Below, in pieces: positions 61,697 through 64,000 of a stretch of 64,000 bases of DNA (positions within the stretch are counted from its first letter, which is position 1; the number at the start of each line of letters is the position of its first letter). Source of the DNA: Phoronis australis. Lineage: Eukaryota; Animalia; Phoronida. The notes below the pieces were generated by a model. It did no database searches. It saw only the letters and a list, made by a program, of their open reading frames with translations, and had not been told where the DNA came from. The DNA is taken from the NCBI GenBank assembly GCA_002633005.1, contig NMRA01000717.1, forward strand, positions 87,496-151,495, read 5' to 3'. The translations under genes and the position numbers were made by a program.

Positions 61697-62041
61697 GTGA
61701 GTGTCGACAGACTCATTATTCACCAGGTGGTGCTAGTGAATCAAGGCTCCTCTTGTACTCTGAATAGATCAAGAACTGACAAGGTCTGTGTACCTGGTCC
61801 ATTGTGGCTAGCTGAATGCATGCATTTCTACTATTCTGCTATGACTTGCCTCACTAGTGACACCTGGTGAATTATCAGCTGCTATTGCTGAATAGTTGAA
61901 TCTGTAGGCAGCTAGGGGATCAGCTTATCACTTTCAATTCATTGTTATTTTGCATCGTGGCATGAATGCAAATGTATTGTGAAAAGAACTGGACAGTGAT
62001 TTTGTTGCGTTTTTTGCTGATTTTTCAGTTGTGGTCTATTG

Positions 62042-62226
62042 GTTTGTAATGTGTAGTTTTCATAGTGTTCAGTTTGTAATTTGTAGTTTCCATAGTGTTC
62101 AGTTTGTAATGTGTAGTTTCCAAAATGTGCAGTTTGTAATGTGTAGTTTCCACAATGTTCAGTTTGTAATGTGTAGTTTCCACAATGTTCAGTTTGTAAT
62201 GTGTAGTTTCCAAAATGTTCAGTTTC
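62042..62226. repeat. Minisatellite, 30-bp unit x6
   Basis: GTTTGTAATGTGTAGTTTCCACAATGTTCA repeated. Confidence 0.92.
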
Positions 62227-62360
62227 AAAGCTGTTGTATTGTTCCACACTATTTACACAAAATGATATTGTTGTTCAGACATTATTGAGCGGTGATGGCC
62301 CAAGTTCAATATTTAAACTGCTTTATTTCACATATTCCTCACATGCGTTTTCTTTGCTAG

Positions 62361-62596
62361 ATGTTGGAAGCTGGAGAGAGGGTGGTGGGCGTGGTGTGAC
62401 GCAGCAGGAGCCAGCCCCGCCCAATGGCACATCGGGCACGGCTGGGGCTGAACAGCCGGCATCGCCCCCCGGAGCGCCCTCAAGTGGTGGCCCTCCTGCA
62501 CAACCTGCCCGTGTGCCCTCAAGTACTGGCATGCCTATGCCAATGGGACCTGGGGGCCCCATGAGGCCTCCACCCTTCATGATGCACCCCGCTTAC
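62361..62596 (+). CDS. PRRC2: PRRC2 exon (Pro-rich); the gene continues beyond the window
   Basis: VGSWREGGGRG...PMRPPPFMMHPAY |GTAAGA; the WREGGG motif is conserved in PRRC2. Confidence 0.88.
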
Positions 62597-62899
62597 GTAA
62601 GACATTTTTTGTTGTGACATATTTCTTGAGAAAGTAGAGTAAGCTAAGGATTGTAGATTTCAGGAAGTTTTTTGAAAGAAGTTTGATGGATTGCACGTGA
62701 CTAGTTAATTTTGTGTCAGAATTGAGTGTAGTTGGGTTTGAGTTGAACACTTCTAGCAGGTTTTTGTTAGGAGTTTCACAGAGCTCATTTTTGTTGAGCT
62801 GTGATCATTGTCAAAACTGTGAATCCTTAACAAATTTAATGCAAGCTGATGGTGGATAGCAATACTATGTGCTTACATGTTTATGTGTGAATGCATTTT

Positions 62900-63500
62900 G
62901 ACCTGAAGTGTGTCTAGACGTTCTCAGCTGTAACTCCTATACCCCTTGTAGGATCTTACTGAGATTTGGCAGGTGTGGTCTTATGAAGCTGACGACGGCT
63001 GACTTTGAGTTTCAGATGCAATCCAATACCTTTCTGCCCCTGGTGGCAATTTTATTTTTTACCTTGGCCTCTGTATGTTCGTAATTCTTGTATAGATTTT
63101 CTTGAAATTTGGCAGTTAGTTTTCTTTTATGAAGACGACAACACAGTTAATTTTTTTAGACATCGTCTCTAGCTGCGTCATATGGTGGTCGTTTCTAAAT
63201 TTTTCGTGTCCGTTTTTTTTGTTTACCTTTCTATCTGCTAAACCTCTTGAAAGTTCTTAATGGAAACTGTCAGGTGTGTTTCTGATGAAGAGACTGCAGT
63301 TGACATTGATTTTCAGACGTGTTCGACTACTCTGGTTCCCCAATTGCGAATTTTGTTTCATTGTGTATCCACGGCTATATCTGCTTTACCCGTTGTAGGA
63401 AATTAATGACATTTGGCAGATGTGTTCCTGTGTAGTTGACAACAGAGTGTGACTACTTCTAGTCCAATACCATGACTGGTGTGCCCAATTAGTGGCAATA
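62900..63500 (+). repeat. Diverged fragment related to the HINE-like ~148-bp-unit family
   Basis: GGATCTTACTGAGATTTGGCAGGTGTG, GCCCCTGGTGGCAATTT and CTCTGTATGTTC resemble units in 2015-3357. Confidence 0.5.
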
Positions 63501-64000
63501 TCAAGGCTTGGAATTTTCCGCGGAAACGCGGATTTCCACTTTTTTCAAATGTTCTATCTGTGTATTTTCTTATATTTCCGTGTAAAAAAATCAGATTTGA
63601 TATAAAATTTCCGTGGCAAATTTCTTCCTTACCGCGGCGTTGCCGATAACTTCCATCTCGAAAAGCGGAAGTTGCTCTTTATGTTTCGGAGGAACGTAAA
63701 TTGTCAATATTGCCGGGGCTTCTGGGATAGCGTGGTGGATTTTTCAGTGGCGCCTNCCCCCCCCCCCCCCTCCCACACGGATTTTACTGGAACAGCCCTT
63801 AACCCGTTGTAGGAAATTAATGACATTTGGCAGATGTGTTCCTGTGTAGTTGACAACAGAGTGTGACTACTTCTAGCCCAATACCATGACTGGTGTGCCC
63901 AATTAGTGGCAATATCAAGGCTTGGAATTTTCCGCGGAAACGCGGATTTCCACTTTTTTCAAATGTTCTATCTGTGTATTTTCTTATATTTTCGTGTAAA
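63388..64000. repeat. Local duplication next to a single n (probable assembly duplication)
   Basis: 63388-63585 is repeated at 63802-64000, with n at 63756. Confidence 0.75.

Overview
AT-rich, intron-containing eukaryotic DNA from a draft assembly of an invertebrate animal, with N gaps and several 'n'-joined haplotype duplications. The genes, in order, are: (1) the 5' exons of an SVOP-like MFS transporter on the minus strand, running off the left edge; (2) a large plus-strand gene (~7.2-40 kb, 5' end not found) for an extracellular mosaic protein, Ig-TSP1-TSP1-F-type lectin-degenerate kringle-TSP1-like-Ig-Ig-kringle-Cys microexon-kringle-hydrophobic tail, with phase-1 introns between all domains; (3) a complete QTRT2 on the minus strand; (4) the 5' part of PRRC2/BAT2 on the plus strand, head-to-head with QTRT2. 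A young Ty3/Gypsy element with 138-bp LTRs ending in non-canonical CGCCA...TGGCG sits in an intron of the mosaic gene. Two inverted copies of a Helentron-associated (HINE-like) element, each an array of ~148-bp units carrying CTCF-consensus-like motifs, bracket the mosaic gene. There are also many MITE-like repeats and minisatellites, and the palindrome TACATGTA is strongly over-represented. All exon boundaries were read by eye from GT/AG signals and frame continuity; no database searches were run.
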